Assembly: GCA_045535005.1 (NCBI GenBank)
Contig: JAZSKU010000047.1
Location: forward strand, 1-54,968
Length of the DNA stretch: 54,968 nt
From: Bacilli bacterium
Lineage (GTDB): Bacteria; Bacillota_I; Bacilli_A; RF39; UBA660
Direction: 5' to 3'
Positions 46,313-54,343 of the stretch are shown one piece after another. Positions within the stretch are counted from its first letter, which is position 1, and every line of letters begins with the position of its first letter. The notes under the pieces were generated by a model. The model was not told the origin of the DNA. It ran no database searches and worked only from the letters and a program-made list of their open reading frames with translations. Made by a program: the position numbers and the translations under genes.

Positions 46313-46342
46313 ATTGGTGTTTTTATAATATAATAATTAACT

Positions 46343-47464
46343 ATGAAAGAAAGAATTGAATTTAAAGAATTAATAGAGTTATTTGTATTATTTTGTGTAC
46401 CTGATATTAAATGTGAAAATGAGATACCTAATTTTAATATTGTATTTGATAAAGATGGATTTGATTTAATAGATAGTGTTAGAAAAAGTCCTTTTAAAAA
46501 AGAGGGGAGTTGGACTCCATCTATATCAGAAAGTGATATGGATATACTTAATATTGAAAATAATTCTAATAGTAAACTTTATACTTTATATATAAATGAT
46601 TCATTTAAATTCTTTTCACTTCTTAATACTTTAGTAAATGCTTATATAGATAAATGTTATATATTTAATCATCCAGTGACATCTAGAAATATATGTATGC
46701 AGTTATTAAAAAGAATATGGCTTAGAATGAGTAGTGATGATTTTAATGATCCATATACTTTTTTAGAAAGAGAAATTTCGTTTTTAAAAGATAATACATT
46801 TAATGATATGAAGGAAGATACTCTTATAAATAATTATATGGGTATTAATGTATATGGTAGAAAAGAAATAAATCATACTTGGGATGAAACTACTTATAGT
46901 ATGTATTTTAATATGAAGGATGGGAATAGTATTCATGAACTTAGTCATGTTTTATACGGAATAGATGGTGACACTTGTTATATATATGGAGTACAAAATC
47001 AAATAGATAGTAAAAGAGATAAAAGTATAGAAAGAAAACTATATAAATTAGAGTATTTATATAGAGATTATGGAGTGCATCCTAATCAGTTATATACTTT
47101 AATATCATTTATATGTTTGATTAAAAATAGAGGTATTAAATACATTAAGGTACCTAAAGAACAAGTGCTTAATTATAGATATCATCAGTTACTTAGTATA
47201 AGAGAAAAAGAAAGATTCTTAAGTAAATGGAATAGTGAATTAATTAAACAAATATATAGTGACAATAGTAGAGAAAATATAAGACTAAGAGAAGAATATG
47301 AATATGAACATAAATGGTATATAAATACGGTAGATAAGGAAGATTTAATTAAAGAACTTAAGACTACTAAATTATTTAATTTAATTAGCTGTGTAATTGA
47401 AGGAATGAATATTGAAATAATAGATGAAGATAAAGAATATATATCTTTAAGATTAATTATGTAA
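46343..47464 (+). CDS. Hypothetical protein (373 aa)
   Basis: Long ORF with no recognisable SD. TATAAT ends 13 nt upstream of the ATG, so the mRNA may have a very short leader. Confidence 0.5.
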   Translation: MKERIEFKELIELFVLFCVPDIKCENEIPNFNIVFDKDGFDLIDSVRKSPFKKEGSWTPSISESDMDILNIENNSNSKLYTLYINDSFKFFSLLNTLVNAYIDKCYIFNHPVTSRNICMQLLKRIWLRMSSDDFNDPYTFLEREISFLKDNTFNDMKEDTLINNYMGINVYGRKEINHTWDETTYSMYFNMKDGNSIHELSHVLYGIDGDTCYIYGVQNQIDSKRDKSIERKLYKLEYLYRDYGVHPNQLYTLISFICLIKNRGIKYIKVPKEQVLNYRYHQLLSIREKERFLSKWNSELIKQIYSDNSRENIRLREEYEYEHKWYINTVDKEDLIKELKTTKLFNLISCVIEGMNIEIIDEDKEYISLRLIM

Positions 47465-47614
47465 TTAAAAGTGCTTTTTAAGTCATTTTAGACATAAAAA
47501 AATATAATTAGTTTAATTATATTAAATAGATAAAACTCTTTAATTTGAGGATTTATTTGACTTTTTTAAGAAAATATGCTATAATCTATGTACAAATCAT
47601 TAAGGGGGGTTTTG

Positions 47615-48046
47615 ATGATTATGAAAGGTAGATTTATTTTAGATTATTTAGATGAAAATAACTTTAAGAAACTTGAAAGAAGTTTAAAGAAGTATAACAT
47701 GGTTGCTTATAAGAAATTAATGTTTGATTTTTATCCTAAATTAAGAAGCGGTGAATTTGTTGGTGAATTAGTTTCTATTAATAAACATGAACAAACAGAA
47801 ACTTATAGTTTAAGACTTCCAACAGATCAATTATTCGTTAAAGTATATGGTGAAGTTAAATTAAATTATACTGTATATAAAAACAATAATATTGTTATGT
47901 TAAATAATTTAGAACCAAAAGATATATTACTTGATGGTCATAAATCTGAGTTAACTGCTTATAAAGGTATAATGATTTCTAAAGCAAATGCTCAAAAAGA
48001 AATGTTTAAAATTGATTTATTATGTAGATTAGAAGGAAGAGAGTAG
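47615..48046 (+). CDS. Uncharacterised protein, paralog family member 2 (143 aa)
   Basis: Promoter TTGACT, 17 nt, TATAAT at 47557-47585. RBS AAGGGGGG. The ORF-track ATG at 47588 sits only 2 nt after the -10 and is unlikely to be the start. Confidence 0.65.
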   Translation: MIMKGRFILDYLDENNFKKLERSLKKYNMVAYKKLMFDFYPKLRSGEFVGELVSINKHEQTETYSLRLPTDQLFVKVYGEVKLNYTVYKNNNIVMLNNLEPKDILLDGHKSELTAYKGIMISKANAQKEMFKIDLLCRLEGRE

Positions 48047-48058
48047 TCTTCCTTTTTT
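48034..48058 (+). terminator. Rho-independent terminator
   Basis: AGGAAGA/TCTTCCT stem plus a 6-T run. Confidence 0.7.
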
Positions 48059-48097
48059 CGTGCTATTTATGCTATAATTTATCTAGGTGAATTATAT

Positions 48098-48499
48098 ATG
48101 AATTTTGAATATTTAGATGAAAATGAATTTAAAAAATGTGAAAGAAGTTTAAAAAAGTATAACATGGTTGCTTATAAGAAATTAGTCTTTGATTTTTATC
48201 CTAAATTAAGAAGTGGTGAGTTTGTTGGAAAAATAATTTCATGTGACAAAGAAGGTAATGCAAATTATGAAGCTGTTCTTCCAACAGACCAATTATTTGT
48301 TAAGGTTTATGGTGAAGTTAAATTAAATTATACTTTTTATGAAAAAAATGTTGTTATAATTTTTACTTCAATTGAACCAAAAGATATTTTACTTGATGGT
48401 TATAAATCTGAATTAACTTCTTATAAAGGTATAATGATTTCTAAAACTAATGTTAAAGATAAGTTTAAAATTGATTTATTAGATTTACTTGATAAATAA
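48098..48499 (+). CDS. Uncharacterised protein, paralog family member 3 (133 aa)
   Basis: TGCTATAAT extended -10 and AGGTGA RBS. Long stretches of DNA are near-identical to member 2. Confidence 0.65.
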   Translation: MNFEYLDENEFKKCERSLKKYNMVAYKKLVFDFYPKLRSGEFVGKIISCDKEGNANYEAVLPTDQLFVKVYGEVKLNYTFYEKNVVIIFTSIEPKDILLDGYKSELTSYKGIMISKTNVKDKFKIDLLDLLDK

Positions 48500-48531
48500 A
48501 AAAGAGTTAACTATTTTGTTAACTCTTTATA
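48498..48531. terminator. Bidirectional terminator between paralog 3 and murC
   Basis: AAAGAGTTAAC/GTTAACTCTTT 11-bp stem. Overlaps the murC 3' end. Confidence 0.7.
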
Positions 48532-49806
48532 TTTGTTTGCTAAAACATATATATCTTTACTACTCATGAATAGAAGTACTGCGTTTTCATATTGTAATAG
48601 TTTTTCTGGTTCATCCATACCAATGTGTTCTCCATTAGTTAGATGATTTATAATCCATGATGCATCTACATCTTCATAACCAACTTCAATTCTATCTTCA
48701 CCGATATCTAATACATAAGCTTTATCTGCTAAGTTTAGAGCATCAGCAAATTCTTTATAGAAGTATTTAACTCTTGATTTAGTATGTGCTTTAAATAAAG
48801 CAATTACTTTTCTATCAGGATATTTCTTTTTAGCAGCTTCAATTGTTACTTTTACTTCTGTTGGGTGATGAGCATAGTCATCAATTAGAATATTTGTTTT
48901 GAATTTTTCTTCGATGAATCTTCTTTTTGCATGTTCTATTTTAGTTATTTGAGTTTTTAATTCTTCTTTATCAATTCCTTCTAAGTAGCATACTGTAATA
49001 ACTGCTAAAACATTTAATAATAAGTGATCTCCTACAAAAGGGAATGTATAAGTATCATAATATTCTCCTTTGATATATACATCTGCGATTGTTTCTTCAC
49101 CATTTAACTTAACATTTTTAATAACTACATCATTATTATCATTAAATCCATAATACATTAATTCTTTATCAGTAGTTATTTTTCTACAGTTTTCATCATC
49201 ACCACACATAATAACTGCTTTTCTAGTTCTATTTACGTAATCTTGATAAGCATCCATTATATCATCTAAATCTTTATAATAGTCAGTGTGATCTAATTCT
49301 ATATTAGTTACTACTGCATAATATGGACTGTATGCTAAGAAGTGACGTTTAAATTCGCATGCTTCTAAGGCGAAATAATCATTTCCTTTTTTAGCGTATC
49401 CAGTTCCATCTCCGATAAGATAATTAACTCCGATATTTTGTAAAACTTTACTCATCATAGTTGTAGTAGTAGTTTTACCATGACAACCTGAAATTCCAAT
49501 TAATTTTGTTTCATTTGTTATTTCAGCTATCATTTCTTGATAAGTATATATTTTAAGTCCAAGTTCTTTAGCTCTTTTAACTTCTTCGTGTTCATCATTA
49601 AATGCATTTCCTTGAACTACGATCATACCTTCTTTAATGTTATCTTTATTAAATGTTGTAAATTCTATTCCTTTTTCTACTAATCCTATTTCAGTAAAGA
49701 AGTGGTCTGGTTTATCACTACCAGTTACTTTATATCCTAAATCATGCATAATTTGAGCTAGTGAACTCATACCGCTTCCTTTAATTCCTATAAAATAATA
49801 AATCAT
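48511..49806 (-). CDS. murC: UDP-N-acetylmuramate--L-alanine ligase
   Basis: IYYFIGIKGSGMSSLAQIM, GISGCHGKTTTTTM P-loop, DDYAHHPTE. Confidence 0.95.
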   Translation of the reverse strand: MIYYFIGIKGSGMSSLAQIMHDLGYKVTGSDKPDHFFTEIGLVEKGIEFTTFNKDNIKEGMIVVQGNAFNDEHEEVKRAKELGLKIYTYQEMIAEITNETKLIGISGCHGKTTTTTMMSKVLQNIGVNYLIGDGTGYAKKGNDYFALEACEFKRHFLAYSPYYAVVTNIELDHTDYYKDLDDIMDAYQDYVNRTRKAVIMCGDDENCRKITTDKELMYYGFNDNNDVVIKNVKLNGEETIADVYIKGEYYDTYTFPFVGDHLLLNVLAVITVCYLEGIDKEELKTQITKIEHAKRRFIEEKFKTNILIDDYAHHPTEVKVTIEAAKKKYPDRKVIALFKAHTKSRVKYFYKEFADALNLADKAYVLDIGEDRIEVGYEDVDASWIINHLTNGEHIGMDEPEKLLQYENAVLLFMSSKDIYVLANKYKELTK

Positions 49807-49927
49807 TTAAATCACCTGGTATTAATTATACTATAGTTTTTCCTTAAATAGTAGGGAAGTTTACATATTTTACATAGTTTATTTTTAATAAAAATGTGAT
49901 ATAATAACGCACTGAGAGGGTGATAAT

Positions 49928-50323
49928 GTGAAAAGTGATAGTATATTTGTTGCTGATATTAAAAAATGTACTTCTTATGATACAACTAATTTATTTTGTT
50001 GTGAGGAATATATAAATGGTGAGTTAGTTGGTAGAAGTGGTTTTGGATATATTACTCATGAAGGTGAAGTAATTAAGAAAGATGCTATATTAATTAATTT
50101 AAAGAATGGCGGTTATGTAGATATTGATTCTTTAAATGGAGTTGTTGATGTTGTTAAAACATTAAAAGATATGAGAAGACGTGGATTTGTTACTGGTGGT
50201 AAGATTATGAGTACTTCTCCATCTAGAGTAGGTAGTGTATATGTATGTACTGATTCATTAAGACCATATAATTCTAAAGAAAAAGAAGTATCTATATTAC
50301 AACTTAAAAGAGATAGAAAGTAA
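49928..50323 (+). CDS. Hypothetical protein (131 aa)
   Basis: TGATATAAT extended -10. GAGAGGGTGA RBS before a GTG start. A terminator follows. Confidence 0.5.
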   Translation: MKSDSIFVADIKKCTSYDTTNLFCCEEYINGELVGRSGFGYITHEGEVIKKDAILINLKNGGYVDIDSLNGVVDVVKTLKDMRRRGFVTGGKIMSTSPSRVGSVYVCTDSLRPYNSKEKEVSILQLKRDRK

Positions 50324-50350
50324 AAAGACTAATCTTCATTAGTCTTTTTT
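50322..50350. terminator. Bidirectional terminator
   Basis: AGACTAAT/ATTAGTCT stem flanked by A- and T-runs. Confidence 0.7.
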
Positions 50351-50985
50351 CTTAGGCTTAAAATACTATTTTGTTTAGCATAGTTAGATATAGCAGTGAA
50401 GTTTTCATCATATCCATATCTATTTTGACCAAATTGTAACCACATACCACTCCAAGTTCCTTCAGTTTGTAGTAATTTTTGTACTTTCGAATCCATGAAT
50501 GTAGTATTTCCATCTTGTTTATTTAAATCAACACAATGTTCTTCATCATATATTTTACTTTGTAAGTCACATTCTAATTTATCACAGTAGAATGCAAATT
50601 TAGCTTCCATTGTTTCTTTAGCATCAAATTCTAATATAAGAGCTTTTATTTCTTCTTTAGAAAGTAGTCCTGATAATACTTCTTCTATAGCTTCGTGTCC
50701 CATTCTTTCTTTAGTTTCTTTATCTATTTGGAATAGAGTTAAGTCTCCGATTAGTATTTCTTCTAATTCATGTACTGCAAGCATAAATAATACTTTTCTA
50801 GTATCTATTTCATATTTATATTCACTTTGCATTGCAATTGCTAGCATTTGAACTCCAAATATATGTTCTGCAACACTTTCTAATCTCTCTCTTTGAACTC
50901 TCCAGTCTTTCCAACCAGTTCTAATAACATCTTTTAATTTATTACATAATACATAATATCTAATTACATTTTCTTCTCTTGACAT
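50329..50985 (-). CDS. HD-domain phosphohydrolase (YfbR-like 5'-nucleotidase type)
   Basis: ESVAEHIFGV and AVHELEEILIGDL (H...HD...D pattern). Confidence 0.7.
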   Translation of the reverse strand: MSREENVIRYYVLCNKLKDVIRTGWKDWRVQRERLESVAEHIFGVQMLAIAMQSEYKYEIDTRKVLFMLAVHELEEILIGDLTLFQIDKETKERMGHEAIEEVLSGLLSKEEIKALILEFDAKETMEAKFAFYCDKLECDLQSKIYDEEHCVDLNKQDGNTTFMDSKVQKLLQTEGTWSGMWLQFGQNRYGYDENFTAISNYAKQNSILSLRKKTNED

Positions 50986-51097
50986 AATATCTCCTTAAAT
51001 TTAGTTTTTATTATAACATATAATTATATGATTTAAAGTATTAATTGATTAATTTAATGTTTTATGGTATAATATGCACGAATTTAAGGGGTGTAAT

Positions 51098-51907
51098 ATG
51101 AGTAATATAAGGAAGAGTGATATAGATTTTAGTAGACTTACTTTATTAAGTAATGAGGGTTCTAATGGTACTATATATACTGATGGAGTAACTTGTTATA
51201 AATTACTTGATAAAATGTATCCAGATGAAGTAACTGACTTATATTATAAGTTATGTGAAATGGAAGGTATTAATATAGATGGTGTTATATTACCAGAAGA
51301 CTTTATTATTGCTGATAATAGATTTGTTGGATACTCAATGCCTTTTTTTAAGAATTCTATGTCTATAAGTGATAAATATTTTACTAGATATTTAGATACT
51401 GGTAGTTTATTTAGTGATTTAAATAAAGCATCTTCAATACTTAGAAAGATTCATGAAAGTGGTATTGTATGCCAAGATATTAGTTTTGAAAATATATTAG
51501 TTGATGTTAATGGAAATGTTATGTTTTGTGATATGGATGCTTGTAAATATGATCATCATAATAGTCAATATATTTCATATATGTTAAAAAGATTTATGTG
51601 TGACTATAGAAGACAAGCGTTTATTCCAAACTCTAATACTGATAGAATATCTATGATGATATCAATGTATTATTTAATATTTGCTCTTGAAATACAAAAA
51701 GTTTCTAGAAAAAGCTTCTTATCTATGTCTGATAAATTAGATACTATATATGATTCAGTAGGTATTGCTAATAGATTAATTGATAGAAATAATAAAATGG
51801 GTTATATACCTTATTTAGATGAAATTATATCTTTAAATGATGATGTTATTATAGATAGATGTGAAGAAAAACAAAAAGAATTTAGAAGAAGATTAATATT
51901 AAAATAA
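51098..51907 (+). CDS. Protein-kinase-like fold protein (atypical), paralog of the ORF at 18575
   Basis: NEGSNGTIY Gly-loop-like, CYKLLDK, GIVCQDISFENILV catalytic-loop-like, FCDMD (DFG-like). Start set to the ATG at 51098 after AAGGGG. Confidence 0.5.
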   Translation: MSNIRKSDIDFSRLTLLSNEGSNGTIYTDGVTCYKLLDKMYPDEVTDLYYKLCEMEGINIDGVILPEDFIIADNRFVGYSMPFFKNSMSISDKYFTRYLDTGSLFSDLNKASSILRKIHESGIVCQDISFENILVDVNGNVMFCDMDACKYDHHNSQYISYMLKRFMCDYRRQAFIPNSNTDRISMMISMYYLIFALEIQKVSRKSFLSMSDKLDTIYDSVGIANRLIDRNNKMGYIPYLDEIISLNDDVIIDRCEEKQKEFRRRLILK

Positions 51908-51933
51908 AAAAGAGTTTAATAAACTCTTTTTTT
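51906..51933 (+). terminator. Rho-independent terminator
   Basis: AGAGTTT/AAACTCT stem plus a 7-T run. Confidence 0.7.
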
Positions 51934-51966
51934 ATGTTATATTTTATATGATAGGGAAGTGTGAAT

Positions 51967-52941
51967 ATGAAATTGGAAGATAGAATATTAGAAGAAAATA
52001 ATGGAGATGTATTTTTTACTAAAGCAATATATGATTATTTTGTAAGAGACTTAAATATGAGTGAAAGTGATGCTTTACCTTTATTTGATAAAGTATCTAG
52101 TGATAAATTAATATATAATGATTTTAGTAAATATGTTATTCAAAATACATTTGATTTTGATACTACTTTAAGTATTAACGGAGTAACTGCTAAAATGATT
52201 CATGAAGAGAATCCTGATTTATGTGCTCTTGATGTATATTTAAAATTGATTGATATGAATGATAAAGCAAATGATAGTATTGATTTAGATGCTGTTATTA
52301 ATGATGTGTTTGAAAAAATACTTAATATGGAAGAAGAAGAAACTACTTGTATTAGTGATGAAGTAGGTACTAATCTAAGTGATAAAGAATTATTTTATGT
52401 TTATAATGGAGTAGTAAATAAGCTTAAAAAAGAGCAAGTGTTTTTAGATTTTATTGATAAAGGTGTTGCTGGTCTTCCATTTAATATTCATTTTAAAAGA
52501 GGGACTTTTTTAACTATTAAATTAAGTGAAAAAAGATATAATGGTAAATATGGTAAAGGAAGTATATTTTCTAATATAATTGACTTTAATTTATGTGGTA
52601 ATAATGCATGTGTATCTTCATTTATGGAAGTATGTGTTGATCCTACTATTAAAGAAAGAGGTAAACTTGGTATTTCTATTCCTTTTGTTATGACAGAAGA
52701 TGAGTTAAAGAATTTAAATGATTGTTTAGCTAAAGTATCTACAATAAATAATATAGCTGAAGAAGAATATATTAAGTTATCTATTCCTGAAAAATTAAGA
52801 TATGTTGACTTATATATTAATTCTAAACATTTTTATATTAATTCTTTAGATAGTATTTTATTTGAAATAGCTACATGTATTAAATCTGATATAGTTACTA
52901 AAACTAATACAGAAGCTTATAAAGATTTATTTATGAAATAG
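51967..52941 (+). CDS. Hypothetical protein (324 aa)
   Basis: AGGGAAG RBS. No motif recognised. Confidence 0.5.
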   Translation: MKLEDRILEENNGDVFFTKAIYDYFVRDLNMSESDALPLFDKVSSDKLIYNDFSKYVIQNTFDFDTTLSINGVTAKMIHEENPDLCALDVYLKLIDMNDKANDSIDLDAVINDVFEKILNMEEEETTCISDEVGTNLSDKELFYVYNGVVNKLKKEQVFLDFIDKGVAGLPFNIHFKRGTFLTIKLSEKRYNGKYGKGSIFSNIIDFNLCGNNACVSSFMEVCVDPTIKERGKLGISIPFVMTEDELKNLNDCLAKVSTINNIAEEEYIKLSIPEKLRYVDLYINSKHFYINSLDSILFEIATCIKSDIVTKTNTEAYKDLFMK

Positions 52942-52963
52942 ATTATGTTATTTAGGTGAACCT

Positions 52964-53488
52964 ATGGCTACATATGAATATAATGATTTATTTTTAAAGT
53001 GTCAGAATACTGGTAAATATCACGTGTTTACTTTTGATATTGTTGGATCTAGAAATATGGATAAAAGGACTAGGTTAGATGCGCATTATAAATCTATTAA
53101 GATGATCACTATGATTTATGATGAGATAAGAAGAATAGAGGATATTACTTCTAAAAAGATACTTGTATTTGAAGATGATTTTGTTCATATGGATGAAAAA
53201 TATGAAGGCTTTGGATTTAAAAAAGAACCATTTATATTTGGTGATATGGTTGGGTTTACCGTATATAGAGATTCGATTGATAATGATACTGTTATTTCTA
53301 TATATAATGAAGTAAAAAGATTATTAAATATTAATTTTGATTTTCATGTTAATGATGGATATTATGAAACTAATAATTATGAAGAGGGTGGCACTTTATA
53401 TTTTAGAGGTTATGCTATAGATTTAATATCTAACTTACATAAGGAAGCAAATAAGTCACTTAGGATGCAATTAAAAAAACAATCATGA
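52964..53488 (+). CDS. Hypothetical protein with a nucleotidyl-cyclase/SatD-like motif pattern (174 aa)
   Basis: VFTFDIVGSRNM and FIFGDMVGFTVY resemble the two metal-Asp strands of the class III cyclase / SatD fold. AGGTGA RBS. A terminator follows. Confidence 0.45.
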   Translation: MATYEYNDLFLKCQNTGKYHVFTFDIVGSRNMDKRTRLDAHYKSIKMITMIYDEIRRIEDITSKKILVFEDDFVHMDEKYEGFGFKKEPFIFGDMVGFTVYRDSIDNDTVISIYNEVKRLLNINFDFHVNDGYYETNNYEEGGTLYFRGYAIDLISNLHKEANKSLRMQLKKQS

Positions 53489-53502
53489 ATTTGATTGTTT
53501 TT
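53474..53502 (+). terminator. Rho-independent terminator
   Basis: ACAATCA/TGATTGT stem plus a T-run. Confidence 0.7.
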
Positions 53503-53612
53503 ATGTGTTTTCAAATTTTACATATATTTTTGTTGTTAGAAATAAAATTATTCTTATAGGAATATTTTTATTTTGGTTGATAAATTTTATCTGATTATTG
53601 AATTATGGTAAT

Positions 53613-53641
53613 TTGTATTTATTTTTGTGTTTAATTATAAT
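53613..53641 (+). promoter_or_regulatory. Sigma-A promoter of mini-ORF 1
   Basis: TTGTAT, 17 nt, TATAAT. Confidence 0.6.
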
Positions 53642-53706
53642 TCTTTTGGAACGTTTATAAGTGTCTACCTATATTTCTTTTATAAAAAAAGAAAGGAGGT
53701 AATTTT

Positions 53707-53814
53707 ATGAATAATAAAGTATTTATTATCTTTCTTTTCAGGTATACTTTATTCATTCTAATAACATTTACTTTACTAGTAACTGAAATAAAAAAAGACA
53801 CTTACCATAGGTAA
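53707..53814 (+). CDS. 35-aa hydrophobic peptide, type I toxin-like (MNNKVFIIFLFRYTLFILITFTLLVTEIKKDTYHR)
   Basis: Strong RBS GAAAGGAGGTAATTTTATG. Single predicted TM helix with a charged C-terminal tail. Convergent antisense promoter and terminator. Confidence 0.55.
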   Translation: MNNKVFIIFLFRYTLFILITFTLLVTEIKKDTYHR

Positions 53815-53865
53815 ATGTCACCATAGATATAGGTGGACATTTACTTTCGAATAAACGTTCCACTT
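53790..53865 (-). ncRNA. Predicted cis-antisense sRNA 1 (candidate antitoxin), ~76 nt
   Basis: Minus-strand promoter TTGAAA (53900-53895), 17 nt, TGT-TATTAT (53877-53872). Hairpin GACATTTACC/GGTAAGTGTC followed by 7 U. Overlaps the last codons and 3' UTR of mini-ORF 1. Confidence 0.45.
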
Positions 53866-54024
53866 AAATAAATAATAACATAAATATTATTAAGTTTCAA
53901 TATTTTATAATTTTAAGTATTTTTAAATTTTACTTATGTTTATGTTTTTTAAAATATAAATTTTTCTATAGGAATAATTTCGTTTTGGTTGATAAATTTT
54001 ATCTGATTATTGAATTATGGTAAT

Positions 54025-54053
54025 TTGTATTTATTTTTGTATTTATTTATAAT
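54025..54053 (+). promoter_or_regulatory. Sigma-A promoter of mini-ORF 2
   Basis: TTGTAT, 17 nt, TATAAT. Confidence 0.6.
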
Positions 54054-54117
54054 TCTTTTGGAACGTTTATAAGTGTCTACCTATGTTTCTTTTATAAAAA
54101 AGAAAGGAGGTAATTTT

Positions 54118-54225
54118 ATGAATAATAAAGTATTTATTCTATGTATACTAAGATATACTTTATATATTCTTGTAACAACATCTATTCTTATTATAGAAAT
54201 TAAAAAAGACACTTACCGTAGGTAA
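54118..54225 (+). CDS. 35-aa hydrophobic peptide, type I toxin-like (MNNKVFILCILRYTLYILVTTSILIIEIKKDTYRR)
   Basis: Same RBS and architecture as mini-ORF 1. 23 of 35 residues are identical, and the differences cluster in the hydrophobic core. Confidence 0.55.
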   Translation: MNNKVFILCILRYTLYILVTTSILIIEIKKDTYRR

Positions 54226-54277
54226 ATGTCCAAACCAAATATAGGTGGACATTTACTTTCGAATAAACGTTCCACTT
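54202..54277 (-). ncRNA. Predicted cis-antisense sRNA 2 (candidate antitoxin), ~76 nt
   Basis: Minus-strand promoter TTGATA (54312-54307), 17 nt, TGT-TATTAT (54289-54284). Hairpin GACATTTACC/GGTAAGTGTC plus 6 U. Confidence 0.45.
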
Positions 54278-54312
54278 AAATAAATAATAACATAAATATT
54301 AGTTTATATCAA

Positions 54313-54343
54313 TAAAAAAAGAACCATAGGTTCTTATTTTTTT
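54313..54343. terminator. Bidirectional terminator (3' of tRNA-Leu on the minus strand, and 3' of repeat unit 2 on the plus strand)
   Basis: AGAACC/GGTTCT stem flanked by a 7-A run and a T-run. Confidence 0.7.

Larger units (their letters stand above)
53508..54301. repeat. Tandem duplication of a ~412-bp unit (two copies)
   Basis: Corresponding landmarks are offset by 411-412 nt (TATAGG 53555/53967; ATG 53707/54118). A 61-nt 3' segment (53829-53889 vs 54241-54301) is identical. Confidence 0.9.

Noticed and set aside
53508-54301. Could the repeated region be a CRISPR array, an IS element or a tRNA-derived attachment-site duplication?
   Set aside because: There are only two copies of a long (~412 bp) unit, with no short repeat/spacer alternation. 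There are no terminal inverted repeats flanking a transposase and no transposase or integrase ORF. I noticed no similarity to the 3' ends of the adjacent tRNAs.
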